Below are positions 14,119-28,210 of a stretch of 64,000 nt of DNA, piece by piece. Below the pieces are notes generated by a model. The model saw only the letters and a program-made list of their open reading frames with translations, did no database searches and was not told the DNA's origin. A program made the position numbers and the translations under genes. The DNA lies in NCBI GenBank assembly GCA_030141605.1, contig JAQGDQ010000075.1, forward strand, positions 648,269 to 712,268, in the 5' to 3' direction. How positions within the stretch are numbered: the stretch's first letter is position 1; each line of letters begins with the position of its first letter. This stretch comes from Tubiluchus corallicola (taxonomy: Eukaryota; Animalia; Priapulida).

Positions 14119-17100
14119 CTGTTAGGAAGTTACTTCTGTTCAGGTTAAGTTACACAGTTACCATGACGAAGCCACTTTTTGTTCCGGTGCAATCTGTTGA
14201 GTAAGAAACAGATACCCTAGTCTCACTGAATAAGCATCTAAATATACCATATGGAAATCATATTTTCAACGAAAAAAGGAGATTCTGCAAGAAGAAAGAA
14301 CAAGAAACAAAAATCTGCGGATCTTAAGAAAATAGCTGCAACGGTCTATGAGAATATTATACTTTTACTGAATACTAGCATTTTTCGTTGGCGTAGAAAC
14401 AGACCGTTCAAAGTTTGTCATTGTTAGTCGGCAATAAATCTATGACTGTCACTGGCATTGTGACTATAACTAAATAGACGTGACACATAAATTTTGTATC
14501 TACGCATTCAGGCCGTCGCATATTATGAGATAAATGATGAAGAACATAGTGATAAGTGATAAATTTTAACATTAGTGCACACAAACCCATTTCTAAGTTC
14601 AGAAGTGAGTAACGCTTAAATACAGGATAAAAATATTCAAAAATATAGAAAAACAATTGCATATACATGCGAGCATTAAGTTTAATTTCACATCGCAACA
14701 ATCACTTTGGCACTCACTGAAAGCTTTTATGTGATAAACAGAGAAAATTACAAATTTCTATCCAGTTAATCGTTTGTCCAAATTAAATTTTCAAGATCCA
14801 ATATTCCTGTCTATATGCGTTGTCTATTGTCATTCTTGAGAAACACAATTCTGATTAAATTTTCTCAGATTGAACGTTTGTGATTTTTTTTACAGTATGG
14901 TAAGGTTTTGTTGTTTTCTGATAATACACGCTTTGTCGACTTATGAATATTTAATTTTGTTATAAATATGTTATATTTTTAAAAATTGTTTTGAAAATTA
15001 ATTTACGCAAAAGGTTTCTGCATAAATGGTTTCTGAAGAGGAGAAACAACTCTTTGCCAATGATAGTAACACTGTTGTGTTATAGTTATAGAGGTCCTTA
15101 GATTATCTTATTTCTAGCGGATTGCAAAACGTGAATGACTACTACATAGTTTTACATAGTAAAAAGTTCGAGTTTTTATTTATTTTTACCATTTTTCGTC
15201 GTTATTGAGCCACCGGATTATTAACGGATGTTCGTTGACGTTTAATTCCTGAATTCTCATTGGAACACCTTTTAGAGGACTTTAATCAAACCACTACGAA
15301 TTACTAACTCAAAACTCAATCCCTCTCACAGCCCATTTAACAAAGACTTTCTACATTCAGCAAGGCGCGGAGGATTACGCAACAATTAGAATTTTAGTTC
15401 ATTTCTAGCAGTTGTTATATAGATTTCAAAAGAACATTGTAAATATCTGCCGTTACGTATTTTTAGCGTTTTAATTGCTTTTCCCACTTCGCGAAACAGT
15501 TACTTCTACTAGGCACTACATGTTCTCTTCATGATGTGCACTTGTGAGGAGGGGGGGGGGGGAGTAGGCTAGTCGTCATTTGATGACTTTGTTTTATTTA
15601 CTTTTTCGTCATCATATCTAGATACGGTTTAAACACGTTCACCATTTAGCCTTTGATATACAGAACTATTATTTCATCTATCGACTTACGTGTGTTGATT
15701 CGTGCCAAAAGCAGCAGTATTGTAATTGGCAAAGCAAACCATTTTTACAGAGCGGAAATATTCGCCAAGTTTCGTTTCTACAACAAAGGACTCAGATCAA
15801 TGGATGAAACAAAAACTACAGTTCCGCAAAATAAACTTATGTTTTTCATAAAGCCATTTGATTTGAATTCTTCTTGACTTCTTCTCGCTTTTGTGTTAAT
15901 TCGGGGAATTTGCAAGCGGATCGTAAGCTATGTCTAGATGATCAAACTTACTGTTTGAACTTTGAATTGCTATAACTCTGTGTTACAATGCAAATTCATT
16001 CTACACGATAATTGCTTCGTTTGAATTAAGGATTAAGTGAATCGTCGAAAAAAACATTTTTAAAACCAGTTTTGTAGCGGAAAGGAAAAAATGTGCATAA
16101 ATTTGGAACTCAGCCATCGACTTATATATGTATAAATGTTGCAATTTTGCTTTAACCACATTACAACCTGATTGCTTACGCTATTAACGTTTTTACGATC
16201 TCATTCTGTATTATATGAATAAAATTTAAAAAATCATATTTAATTAATATAATTAAACGATCCAAATAGTTTTGCAAAATTAATTATGAAAATTAGTGAT
16301 AAAAACTAATCAGAAATAGCATAAGAATTTTGTAATTCTCATTATAAGCTTTTTCAATGGTCTGTTAAGGCGGTTAAAATAGAACGAAACTCACAGTTAA
16401 AACTTCAAACAACATAATGTCAGGAACCGTCTGTTATTTTTATGTAAGCTGGTGTGCCACGCATATTACCGTAATTTGCCCAGCTGTGGCAGAACAAAAA
16501 TGATTAGAAGAAACTTAATACTGGTACTTCATTATTTAAAGACTGTGACTTCATTTTTGCGCAGTTTCACCAGTGCAAGCCAAGATCTAACAATTAACGA
16601 ATCTTCAAAGAATTGCTTCATTAATTATTCATAAACGTGAAGTAAAATTGTAGTAAAATATAATTGTGCTCGCACTTCAATAAATTTGATTCCATAGTGC
16701 TTTTTTAAGCCAACAGTCTGACTCAGTCAAACAATTAAAAGAAAACAAAAGATTGATTTGAGGAAATTTTTATTCTCTTGTTCTACCGACGTTACAATAC
16801 CCATCACAGATGTACAAGTGACGCCGAGTCTGTGTACAATAAGTAGAAATACTGTAAAACTCTTAACGTATCATTTGCTTATGATTTAAAATTTTGCTTG
16901 AACGTTTTTACCAAATCGCCTAGTCTATCATGGTCTCGTTTGTAAACTACAATAAAAGTCAATCTAATCAAGCTTACGGCAATATTACACACAGTGTGCA
17001 CTTTCAAATTCAATTTGCTAGTCAGCTATAATTTATTTACAATACCTTCTCGAGCTCCTTAAAGGATAAACAGAATTATATATCATTTGAGAAGTAATGA

Positions 17101-17864
17101 TGGAGAAAGCACAATAGTTTAAGATTAACTTTTGTTACATCACGGAAATTGGCAACTAAATGTCAAACCGAGTTCCCTCAGCTTTGTGTACATTACAAAG
17201 TCGCTTAGGGAAAATTGTTGCGTGGTCTAAAATGGCAACTTTTTGTTTTGTTTGTAGTTTAAGATCTTCTGAGCTTTCCCTGCATGATACGAGTAGACTA
17301 CACTTTTAGGACTGTAGATACCTAATAAAAGTACTAGATACTGTAAAATTGATCTGACAATTTGCAAAACGTTCGTGCTTTGTTTGAATGATAAATTACG
17401 CCATTAATCAGACGGACTTTAGTATGGAACAGAAAATTTAACTTAACAATACTGCTGTGCAACGACAACGTGTACTGGCAGAGGTTTAACAATGTGTTAA
17501 GGTCTTACTGCTGTATTCAAAGATGAAAATCTAATTACATCTTGATGAAGTACAATTATAGATAAGTAAGTTATTAAATTACATTTGCGTTCATAATATA
17601 TTATGTGGAAAGGAAAAGTGGAAATTTGGCACATAGATTCAGCTATAATATTAGCATGTTTCAAGAGTAACGTAGTATCCGGAATTTGATTTATGGACAA
17701 AATATGCAAATTAACTTTGTGATAAAGAATATAGTACAGACCAGATTTCTGAATAAATAGACATATTTAATCACCAGCGGTTATTTAATGAGCAAATTTA
17801 ACGAAAAAAAAGTTGCATTCAGGTTAAATCGCATTGTTTGACATCTAACAGACGAGCTAGCTAA

Positions 17865-17939
17865 GGACCTGTTTGAACGGTGCGTTTTTGACGCAAGCGT
17901 CTGACTCATGCGTCAAAAACACACAGTGTAAATAGGCCC
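17865..17939. mobile_element. Small palindromic MITE (PIF/Harbinger-like)
   Basis: ggacctgtttgaac...gtgtaaataggccc inverted ends, internal tttttgacgca/tgcgtcaaaaa hairpin, TAA on both flanks. Confidence 0.7.
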
Positions 17940-18217
17940 TAACAGTAGTCGATAATATTGAGGCATATTTTTGCATCTACTTGTGCGTGAAACTAAGATT
18001 ACCATGTTGCAATACAGGTATATGGTTCTTCAGTACAGAATCTAACAAGGTTCTTAAATTAAATTAACAGACGAAAGCAACAGTTTTGACCCATACAAAT
18101 TACAGCTGTGACTTATAAAATTAATTGTGGACAATATGAAGAATGTTATAGGGCCTATGTCTACATTAATTATGTAAACGTAAACAACCAGATTATAAAT
18201 AATGTACGGTAAATTAC

Positions 18218-18343
18218 CTTTAATATTCGCGGGCTAAAGCCGGATGTCGGACAGATGAACGATGGTTTCTTATATTTAGTTACAAGGTGTGCAAATTCCT
18301 GCTTGCCATAGGAGTTATTTTTCTTAGAATCGCTATTGTGATT
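18218..18343 (-). CDS. Candidate internal exon NHNSDSKKNNSYGKQEFAHLVTKYKKPSFICPTSGFSPRILK, probably upstream of cassettes A/B
   Basis: gtatag acceptor, AAG/GTAATT donor, 126 nt open in phase 0-0, phase-compatible with the 5741 and 1950 acceptors. The acceptor is weak. Confidence 0.5.
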
Positions 18344-18662
18344 CTATACAGTCAAACTCTTGCCAAACGCAACAAAATGTTGAGACATGTTGTGAACTAA
18401 AGCAGACTGACATAATTCTGAACAGAATTTGAAAGGACTAAAATCTCACTCTGCAAAAACTGAAAACTCCCAAATTTACAAATTTCGCATTTTCTGTTCA
18501 ATATGCTATCAAGGGAATAAGACATAGAAACCAAGGCATAACTACAGGATCGACATTAAGAAACATAAAGCACGCAAAGGCAAACAAATATCATAATAAT
18601 AATTATTACAAGTGATGCATGGAAGATTATTGATTGGTTAGCAGCTTTTTTTGTATAAAATA

Positions 18663-18668
18663 TTTATT
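18663..18668 (-). terminator. Candidate polyadenylation signal (AATAAA) of the neuropeptide gene
   Basis: AATAAA on the minus strand about 275 nt after the TGA at 18942. Confidence 0.45.
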
Positions 18669-18941
18669 ACAAAAAATAAATTGCCTTATCCGTAGCTAAT
18701 TAATTAAATTCTATTATACACTATGCATTATTCTTCAATTCCACCATGTCACCAAGTAGATGATCCTGCAAGATGTCTACAATTATTATTCCTGAATGCG
18801 AAACTTCGATGTGGTAATAATGCAATCGTACACTTCTCCCTTAATGACGCAGTGGATAATTTAGTAATGGAATAGAAACAGTCCCAAAAGGTGAGCAATG
18901 TGCGCAATATGTCAGAGCCGGGTAATTCCCACAGATACTGT

Positions 18942-18977
18942 TCACTTCCGTCGACCAAAACAAGAAATTGGGTGAAG
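18942..18977 (-). CDS. AstC: Allatostatin-C/somatostatin-family precursor, last coding exon (LHPISCFGRRK-stop)
   Basis: Strong acceptor atttcttttgcag at 18978. Phase-0 join to exon 20542-20664 gives KR-DYFRKCQLHPISCF-GRRK*, i.e. C-x6-C-F with the PISCF signature and an amidation signal. Confidence 0.88.
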   Translation of the reverse strand, partial: LHPISCFGRRK

Positions 18978-19075
18978 CTGCAAAAGAAATAATAAATGTT
19001 CTGTATAGATAGGCACGTACGATTATAGATAAGTACAAAATCTAGCTTAATTCGTTAATTCATTAATTCATTCAT

Positions 19076-19146
19076 TCGTCCATCCATCCATCCATCCATC
19101 CATCCATCCATCCATCCATCCATCCATCCATCCATCCATCCATCCA
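19076..19146. repeat. (TCCA)n microsatellite
   Basis: Tandem TCCA flanked by TTCA units. Confidence 0.95.
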
Positions 19147-19719
19147 GTCATTCATTCATTCATTTTTATTTTGTTATTAAGTCAGCCAGTTGGTTGGCAA
19201 GTTAGCTGGTTATTGGGACAGTCAGTCAATCAGTCAGTCCGTCATTTATTTATTTGCCTTTTTCCTATTGTTTCTATCTTGCTTCGTTTCTTCTTCTGCA
19301 TTATGTCCCTCCTTCCACACTTCCTAACCGGTTCTCACATCTTCCTTATGTCCTTCCCTAGTTCGTTTCTTTCTTGTGTCTTTTTTTCTTATTCTCTTCT
19401 CTTCCCTCTGCTCTACCTTCAGCACCGTAAGACATTTCCTTTCCTTCCTCCCTCTTTTTGTACATTTTTCTATCTGCTCCAATTGTTTACTTATTTTTTG
19501 TATTCCGTTTACTCTGTCGATTTAAGCTGAAAGTGAGTAAATCGTTTGATAGTTTTAGAGCTTCGCATTTCAGAGAACATTAAAACAACTGGCAAACAGA
19601 GGCTCCTTTGGTTATCCGAGTGATTCGCATCTGGTAAGGCTAAGCCTGTGACCTGAAATAAATAATGCAAAAAAGGACGGCCTGGCGACCAGCAGACGAT
19701 CAAGTAGACAATTATGCTT

Positions 19720-20040
19720 GCCTCCATTTTGAATCGAAAATGGCGGATGCGACTCAGATACAGATTTCATTTTAGCATATTTCTATGACGATCCATCGCG
19801 AATTAGCAGAGCGTTAGATTTTCTCGAAAATTATGTTATTTTGAATTCAAAATGGTGGATCGAAAATCCGATTCCGCCAGTCGATGCGAAATTCCTGCTA
19901 GTATGTTCGTGTTAAGTTTCATGACGACCCATTGTAAATCCACGGCATTTTGAAAATAGTCGCCCCAGCAACAATGACAACAACAACAACAAGTTTCAGA
20001 TGAGGAGCGGTTTGAGTCGAGCCTCAACCAAAAGCTGAAT
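19720..20040 (+). mobile_element. Dispersed non-autonomous repeat, copy 1 (internal subunits aaaatggcgg/tttcatgacga, CAA-rich tail)
   Basis: Similar to 26960-27330 and 30660-30950. Confidence 0.6.
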
Positions 20041-20541
20041 TTTTAAGTAGCTTTTCTGCATCTAGGAATGTGCAATTTCAAGAATATAAAAAGTAATACT
20101 TCGGGCAAACTACGAATTTAAAGAAAGGTCCCCAGAGCATAAACCTAGTATATTAAACTCGACAGTTAGCTCTTGACAACTACCCTGCAACAAATCTGTG
20201 ACTTGTCCGTCACGCAATGTAGGCAGGCAATTTTTCGTACAAACTGACTTAAGTTTTAATCAGTGTTATTATCACTTTACATGGTCATCCAGCCACCGCA
20301 AATTCACTAACCTCTAAAATAAAGGCAACATGTAAAGAACCCATGGTCGTACCTTTTTATTCTTAGTCTTTGTATGTTTTGTAATTATTGCATTTGACCC
20401 TCTGTGTGTGACATAAATCGTCTATGTCTGTGTCTATGGTTAAGACCGTTATGCAGCTTAGTTATATAAAATTTCTATCAGAATAAAGGTCTGAGCGTTA
20501 TACATTTAAGTTATTGACTGTTAAAGTTAAAAGACTTTTAC

Positions 20542-20664
20542 CTGACATTTTCTGAAATAATCTCGCTTCTCCGCTAGCGGTTGTACATCTCGTCCTCCTT
20601 CCACTGCTCTCATAATAGCATTGTCTATGAGCATGTTCAACAATCGGTACTGATCTGCACTTTC
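20542..20664 (-). CDS. AstC: Allatostatin-C-family precursor, middle exon (ESADQYRLLNMLIDNAIMRAVEGGRDVQPLAEKRDYFRKCQ)
   Basis: Acceptor tttttatgtag at 20665, donor CAG/GTAAAA at 20541, 123 nt phase 0-0. Contains the dibasic KR site and the first Cys of the peptide. Confidence 0.88.
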
Positions 20665-23600
20665 CTACATAAAAATATAAAATTGTTAAATAATCTGAGG
20701 CAAGCGGAATACATTAATAAATACGTGTAGCTAATTTTAATGTTCTTACAACGTAAAAGAATAATAACTATAGTCGATAATCTTAGTGTAATGGTTGATA
20801 TATTTGACTAGAATCAGAAAGTTCTGGGAATTTTCTCTATCGCCCTACATTTGGAATATATATCGCCCTGTCAGAATACAATACAGTCGTAGGTTCTGCA
20901 AATCTATGAATGTAATATGAATTATTGTTGTACTGTAGAACTATCTTATGGCAAATTTAATTAATGTAAGCCTAATCATGTAAATAGATTCACTATCTTC
21001 CATAATATGATTTTTATTTTGCATATCTTCATTACTAAAGTATTAATTAATTTGTCCAAGTCCTTCTGTCTTCATGAGGATTTAAAAACGTGATTGTTAC
21101 TTCGTTCATTGGGAGGGAATAATTGTGTGGGGTCGGGTTGTCTTTGGTGAACAAAGTTAAATAACACATACCAAGCTTGGTCTGTACGTAGGTGGGTGAT
21201 AGCTAGGCAAACTGCTGCTCGGCTGCTTCACCTGTCATACTGCTATCAGCAATTTATGTACTAAAGGGAATATGCACACTACGGAATATTAGGAATCTGA
21301 CCCTATCCAACCAAGCCCAGATTGGGCGTGGGTTTTCGGCTAACTTCGTTGGCGATCGTAGCGGTGTCATTAATAATTAGCTAGATACCAGTCCCGCCAC
21401 AGTCATTTACTTTAAGTAGGCCCTATACTTGAGTGTTGATCTGGGCTTGCAGAGTGATGAACTGTAGGGCTATAATATGGAAGGAATTTATATTGTAACG
21501 AACCCTTTCCCTAGGGAAATGCAGGTATCTGTGACATCATTTCCCTTTATAGCAAATGGCTTGTACCTGACGAAGCCTGTGCATATTTTAGGCCCTATTT
21601 AGTCTGCTTTACACTAAACTCATTGGTTCAGTTCTTAGTTCCCTGTCATACAGCACGCAAGAAAGGACTTCTGGGAAATTATTACCCGTTAATTTCCGGT
21701 TATGTCGTTCTTTTGATGGTGTTGGGCACGTAAGCTCAGTACAGTAAGAGACCATTCTGACAATAAAAACTAGCAAAGTGTTTAGCAGTTATTAAATGAA
21801 GTATATAAATATAATATTAAACATCTACTGAAAAAAATGAATGATTTAATGAAAAACGAGTAAAAGATATACGCACGAACTGATGCCTATGAACTAAATA
21901 AGAATGTATCATATAAATGAACAATCGCAGAAAAAAGATTTTACCGTTATTGGTGACAAATTGGTTTTTTGACACTTGTTCTATTGCATTATCATTTGCA
22001 TAAAGAAGAAAGAGATAAATAGACAGAGGAGAAAGAGAGAAAGAAAGCATTAAAATGAAAACATTTTATAAAATGTCGTATAAACCATGTAGTATTTGTA
22101 CTAAGAGCTGCATAATTTCATTTTTCATGTTATTATAAATTGTTCACTCTGTTGTAAAAAGTTACAAACGCATAATTGGTTGATCGACCGGGTCGCGAAT
22201 GAGATAAAAAAGTGTCGTTGTTACATGATGCTTACATGCGATCTTACCTAGGAGTTGGTCAAGCATTAGTTGAAAGTGTGGCTAAGCGTTGCAGAGTACT
22301 CATGGGATAGCAGGGGTTAACCGTAAAACGAAACGTTCGCACAAATATAGTTGACAGGATTCGGGAGTTGGCGTTTTATTTCCAAGAACGTTTTTCATAC
22401 ACCAAATGGCAGCTTTTACGATGTTAATAACAGCAATCATTCAAATTGCCATAGATGGAAAAGTGTAAGGTTTAACTCCTTTGTGGGCTTCTGCCACGTG
22501 ATGTGGCAAAAGAACAGAAACCTGATGCTGATTGATAGTGACAAATCATAGGTTTTATTCGACTTAATCTGCCGATATCACTGACAGTTGCGTTATTTTA
22601 AACCTCGCACCTTTTATCCCTTAAACGTCAGACCATGGAAGTAGGTGTATTTGGAAACAAAAATGCAACGTTATATATACAATTGCATAGTGGCTAAGTG
22701 ACAAATTTTTATGAGAAATGTTCTTTACATAAACAAACAGGAATAAAGACCGTAAAATGTAAAATTATCATAGAGAAGTTTGATTTGCCTGGGTAATTAA
22801 TCAACCCAATGGAGAATAATTCGCGAATTTTGTAATTTTTACTCGTGCTTAAAAAACTTTGTGCATGTAAGGTGTTAAAAAGTAACGCTAAATCGAATAA
22901 ACCACTAAATGGAGTTTCTTAGCTTCCGAGGTTATTATGCGCAAAAAGTGAAGCTTACGATGACTATATATGTAGATTTTTGTTACAAGCAAAAAAAAGG
23001 CTAAAAGATAACAGAGATCAGAAACCATTTACAATGCAAAATGGCTGATGACTACAGAGCTAATATTTTCAAAAAAAAGATCTTCAAGATCAATAAAAAA
23101 ATTAAAATCATTTAGTACTCTTGAAGTATTCGGAAGTGAAAACCGAGTTTGTCCACACAACAAGTATTAATTCCCACTTAGTATTAACTAACGCCGTTAA
23201 TTGCCCCGCAAAATAACCAATCGCAACAAGAAGTACAATGATGTTGAAAACTGGTGAGCTAAGGATATCTGGCGTCCTGAAAGCATATACACACGAACTT
23301 CCAAGAAGGTGACCAGAAATACTAATACAAATAAACGAACTAAATAAATTCAGGATAAATCCGTTCTATTGCACATTAAGATAAATCCATTGTGTTGTAC
23401 CTAAGCCTAATGTGGAGAAAAGGCTTTGGGAGTTGTGAACAGAAAAAAAGTGAGAAACTGCTCCCTATTTTGGTATATTCGTTTTAGTTATCATATTTCC
23501 TTTTTTTTCATGTCGTGACTTAATGCTCTATATAGGTCTTTTGCTCTGTGGCTGTGGCAAACGATGACTATACATGCCACACCAAGTACTGAAGGACTAC

Positions 23601-23912
23601 TCATACACAAATTAGGCTTTGTAAATACTTCTTTATGTCTATGCTTAGACGAGGAACAAAATGTCGAGCACTTGAGGTACAGACTCATGTTAACTGATGA
23701 TACTATCACGCAGCAGTTTTTAGTAAGGTTAGACCGAAAAAATTTGAGTAATATAGACGTAGAAAAAAGGTCGAGGACTTAAAGACTTATTTCGTTAGTT
23801 TCGCAATATTATGCGCAGTATTTATATTAACTAAACAAATAGCTAGAAAAGTAATGGGCTTGTATATATTTAAAAATTTGTTGTAAATATGTTGGCTTGC
23901 AAGTAGAGGCGG

Positions 23913-23946
<34 letters not shown>

Positions 23947-26900
23947 TATATTATATTATAAAAATAAAGATTTATTATCATCGTCATCATCATAATATAA
24001 ATATGAATAGATGAACTATGAATATTCAAAATTAATTTATTAATATTAAAAAGTGATTTTTGAATATTTAAACTGTTATTCATAAATGATTTATTACTAT
24101 TAGAAATTCCACTTTGGCGTTCTATATGTTCCATTACCCTCAAACAAAGTGCAGTAGTTATATAACATATTTACTGTATGTAGCATTCGAAAGGCAATAT
24201 TTTCTACATCTCAAGACGCTGATGATCTTTTCACATCATTAGAAATGTGGATGATATTGGGCAAGTCAGATAATATAATAAGTGGGTTTTTAAAACAATA
24301 AGAATTCAAGCTTAGTAGCAAGAAGACAATTTAATATCGCATTCAGCATGGAGGTGACGAAACTTTAAAAAATGTAAATATCTGGGCAGGTTGTTGTGAC
24401 ATTCTGCGGGGTATAATATTAAAGGATAAATTGATTTGTCAGGAATACAGGGCAAACGTTTTCTTTTATCTAAACTGAACACACCACAGTGCATCACGTT
24501 TGGGTAAAAGTAATAAAGAGAAAAATTATTAAGCTTTTCCACACTAATCTCTCAACGCATGGTCTTTTATCCAAAATTACACGAAGGTCCTAGTAGTTTG
24601 GTTAAAACCGGGACGCACGCGTTCTTCGTGCTATTTTCAATGTATTTAGAAATTCAAGAATGAACAGCTGGCAAAGAAGCGTAATTGCTTTTTTATAAAA
24701 ACCACAAATTATTCAATAGCAAACTTAACGAATAAATCAATAGTCACTTCCACATATACGTGTGACAAAACTCAAATCACCCCAAATCTAGGTTAATGAA
24801 AGGTGAGGTAGAGATATTTGCCAGCGTGTGGATCCAGTAGACAGTCCAGTGGACTTAGAGAATGCACCTCAGCACGTTGAGCGACCACGGACCCAGTCGT
24901 CGCGTATATATCTGCACAGAAACTGCTTGTAGCGGCTCACAACTTTGCTGATCCTCCCGCAAACGTGAATTTGACAGGAACTACTATCCCAAAACTTCAA
25001 GCGACTCCGTAAACTCGTGTTTTCCAGGATTCGTCAAAGTTGCACAAGAAAGCGAGAAAACTCTTCGCTTCAACAATACACCTGGAACCCATTGAGCATT
25101 CTCACCCAATCCGATTCTGTTAACCCGGATGCCTGCACTCCACCAGTCCCACTAGCAACCGATGTGGACTCCGCATCCATTCCAAACAAGCCACACAATA
25201 TGAAGCTCCACGGCTACTTTTAATGCTGCGAAAGAACCATCTTGGACTTCTCTCAAAGAAATAGAGAACGTAAACTAAAAATCACTTGTTTGGGATGGCA
25301 GTTATCAAGGAACTGTTTCGCTGCTCCTCTCGATCCAACAGATTACAGGATCACCAAAATCTGCTGCAAAATGTCTTTCCTCTATAGCAGCATAACCTGT
25401 AACGTCAGCAACAAGGAAATCATGGCTCAATGAATCCCCGAGGCGCGAAGATTTACCTGTGGATAACCACTGAAGTCGTGTTAAGGAAGATTGCTATCAA
25501 AAACGGGAAGGAGAGAGGTACTGAAGGATGGGCACAGACCCAACCCCATCACACAACAAAAGTGAACATTTTATTATTAAAGCCATTAATTAAAATGGTG
25601 TACAAATGAACTCCTGAACTCCGGACGAGGCCGACTGTGACGCCACAGTTGTTAAACATTGATGCTAACAGCGCAGGAAGATTCTGTGACACTGGCCGCC
25701 TTATTCAAATCTCACTTACGTTTTTTTGAAAACTCCTGTAGGCAAACTTCTACTTCCTGTCTACATCAGCTGAAGCTGTATGCAGAACGATGAACACTAA
25801 AAGTTAAGCAGCAAAGGAAACAGAATCTTTCCACAGAATCTTTCCACAGAATTGGATATCAAATGGCCTGATGAACTATCCAATACGTATAGAAAGAATT
25901 GGAAAGGCAAAACAAAATCTGAAGACTGCATCACTTTAAATGTGCTCGAGGAATCTCAGATTTACTTACTATACTTGTCTTACTTGAACCAACACAATGC
26001 CCAAAAATGATCAACTACTGACTTATACTGACATACTATCGACTCGCCGCCTTTCAATGTAAGTGCAACAATACATGTGCAACAATACATGTGCAATAGT
26101 GCATGTGCAACAATACATGTGCAACAATACATGAGCAAAAATGTGAGAACAATCATCATACAGTTGCCGAGAAATAGTAAAAACTGTCCCAAAGTACGTC
26201 ATTCAAGCAATCTATCGCGGACATTCTCATTGCTTAACTGCCTTGTGCCACGTGCTACTTGAAGTTCTCCAAGTTCGAAAAAGCCTTTCAGCGATAAATT
26301 GAAGGTCTTCGTAAGTGCCCAAAGCCGCGCCAACATTATTATACCGCCATGCGCATTTAAGTTGTTTACCGCTTTTCCGGACGAAATGGCCAATCGTTGT
26401 GTTATAGCAATGCTATCATTTTGTAATGAAATTGCCTGTTATCATGCACAAAGTCTATGGGCGATCATTGACAATTTTAACTGAGATTTCCAAGAAGATT
26501 GCAATATCCGCTTACCTTCACGTTTTCACGTTTTTGCGCCTAGGATATTACATACGCGTATAATGATCACGCTTATCCAATCATGTATATTACCCACAGA
26601 GGAAAAAACTAAAATAAACTGCCTGAACAAAACAGAGAAGTTATGGCCATTCAAGACCCTAGTCAAGATAACCAACTTGACTTATACCAAAGACCTAAAA
26701 TCTCATTTGTACATTTTTATTACAAAAAGTTTACTGGCGCTGTGTTGCTAACCACCAATAACTTCTAACGTCGCTTTTACACGCTGTCAGAATTTCAGAT
26801 ATGTACACAGGATAAACATTACACAATGGTAAAGAAACAAAAAAATTAAAAACAATTCAAACGTGAATGAAATATATCAAATGTGTCTTCTACACGTAAA

Positions 26901-26959
26901 ATTAAACGTCGTTAAGTTTTTTTATGTTAAAGGCAAAGAAACCAAGTTCCATTCGAACT

Positions 26960-27330
26960 ATTGGTCGAGGGGTACGCTTGAGCTCAAGATTGTGGATTAG
27001 AAATAGAAATGACATCAATGCCGCCATGAATTTAAGATGGCAAATCAAAAGTCAAACTCTGTCAATCAGTGCATAATTCACTGTAGTATATTCCTAAAAA
27101 TTTCCATGATCGAATTGGTAATGCCTTAGGCGTTTCTTCAAAAATGATATTATTGCTGACCTTGAACTCAGAAGGGCGGATCAGTTTATGGATAATTCGT
27201 TTTAGTATATTCGTTGTAACGTTTCGTGACAATCCTATTCAAATTCGCGGAGCCTTAAGCTTTTTTTAAAAAGCCATCCCCAACAATAAGCACAACAACA
27301 TCCACACGAATAACAATTTAGCTAACAGTT
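26960..27330 (+). mobile_element. Dispersed non-autonomous repeat, copy 2
   Basis: ctcaagattgtggattagaaat...gaatttaagatgg...cccaacaataa shared with 30660-30950. Confidence 0.65.
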
Positions 27331-27484
27331 CGCTGGATTTTTATATTTAATATACTAATTTTTTTAGCTAAATTTTGTAACATATCCTGTCGCTATATTT
27401 CTCTGTTAAAAATGTGTGTATAGTTTGTAACACTGTTTTATTTGATACAACTAAATTATGAATTATGAATTATATTTCACCAAG

Positions 27485-27730
27485 AGCAATGGGAGTGGAT
27501 GATTGGTTGCGGTGTATACTTAGCGACAGAAGTTAAGCAACGCCCGACCTGGTTAATGTTGGATAAGCCAAAAAAAACTGCATATTGGCGATTATCATCT
27601 GCCATATTGCTGCTCCGGCAATTTATATCGTTACATCCAAACATGGCGAAGATACGTTTGCCTAACGTATAATCATCTCAGAGGATTAATCTTGCTGATG
27701 AAATGGATTGCTGTCCTAACACTACTGTCA
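27485..27730 (+). mobile_element. SINE copy with tRNA-like/5S-derived head
   Basis: gaagttaagcaacgcccgacctggttaatgttggat resembles 5S box A to box C; body similar to the 3580 copy. Confidence 0.6.
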
Positions 27731-27959
27731 AAATAACATGTAGGCCTTGTCGCATATTCCAGGGCGTGCAACTGCCAAATAAAAGTGGCTAGAAAATCAC
27801 GCCTATTTATACAACTATATGGTAATCATTATAAAACATATAGTTGTCATTAATAATATTCAAGAATATGAACTTATCGATGTCTCACAAATCAAAAATT
27901 GCGGAAATATTTAAAATATCTGAATCTATACCGCTCTGTCTCTATGAATTACAATATTA

Positions 27960-28210
27960 TTTGAGCCGAGTGGTTAGTGTATACGGCGTGTATTTGGCGG
28001 TCGAAATCAAGCAATGGCGAGGCTAGCTAGTGAACGGATGGGTGGTCAGCGGGTTTAATTCTCGCTCTGGACGGTTTCATTTGTCGCTGATTCTAGTTAT
28101 CTACCTCGTTTTGGAAGGATGTAGTCAGTGTCTCAACTTATATGATTAGTTTTGATAATGGGCAGGGCTCTGGTCTTACCACATTAAGTGGCTTCTGGGG
28201 TGGCGTGTGC
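27960..28210 (+). mobile_element. SINE copy with tRNA-like/5S-derived head
   Basis: agccgagtggttag (tRNA A-box-like), then gtcgaaatcaagcaa...ggatgggtggtc. Confidence 0.55.

Noticed and set aside
18841-22266. Alternative +1 frame open through both AstC exons (MLDQLLGKCRSVPIVEHAHRQC...LRH*) using a donor near 22247
   Set aside because: No signal peptide or recognisable domain; the phase-0 frame gives a textbook neuropeptide, so the overlap is probably chance.
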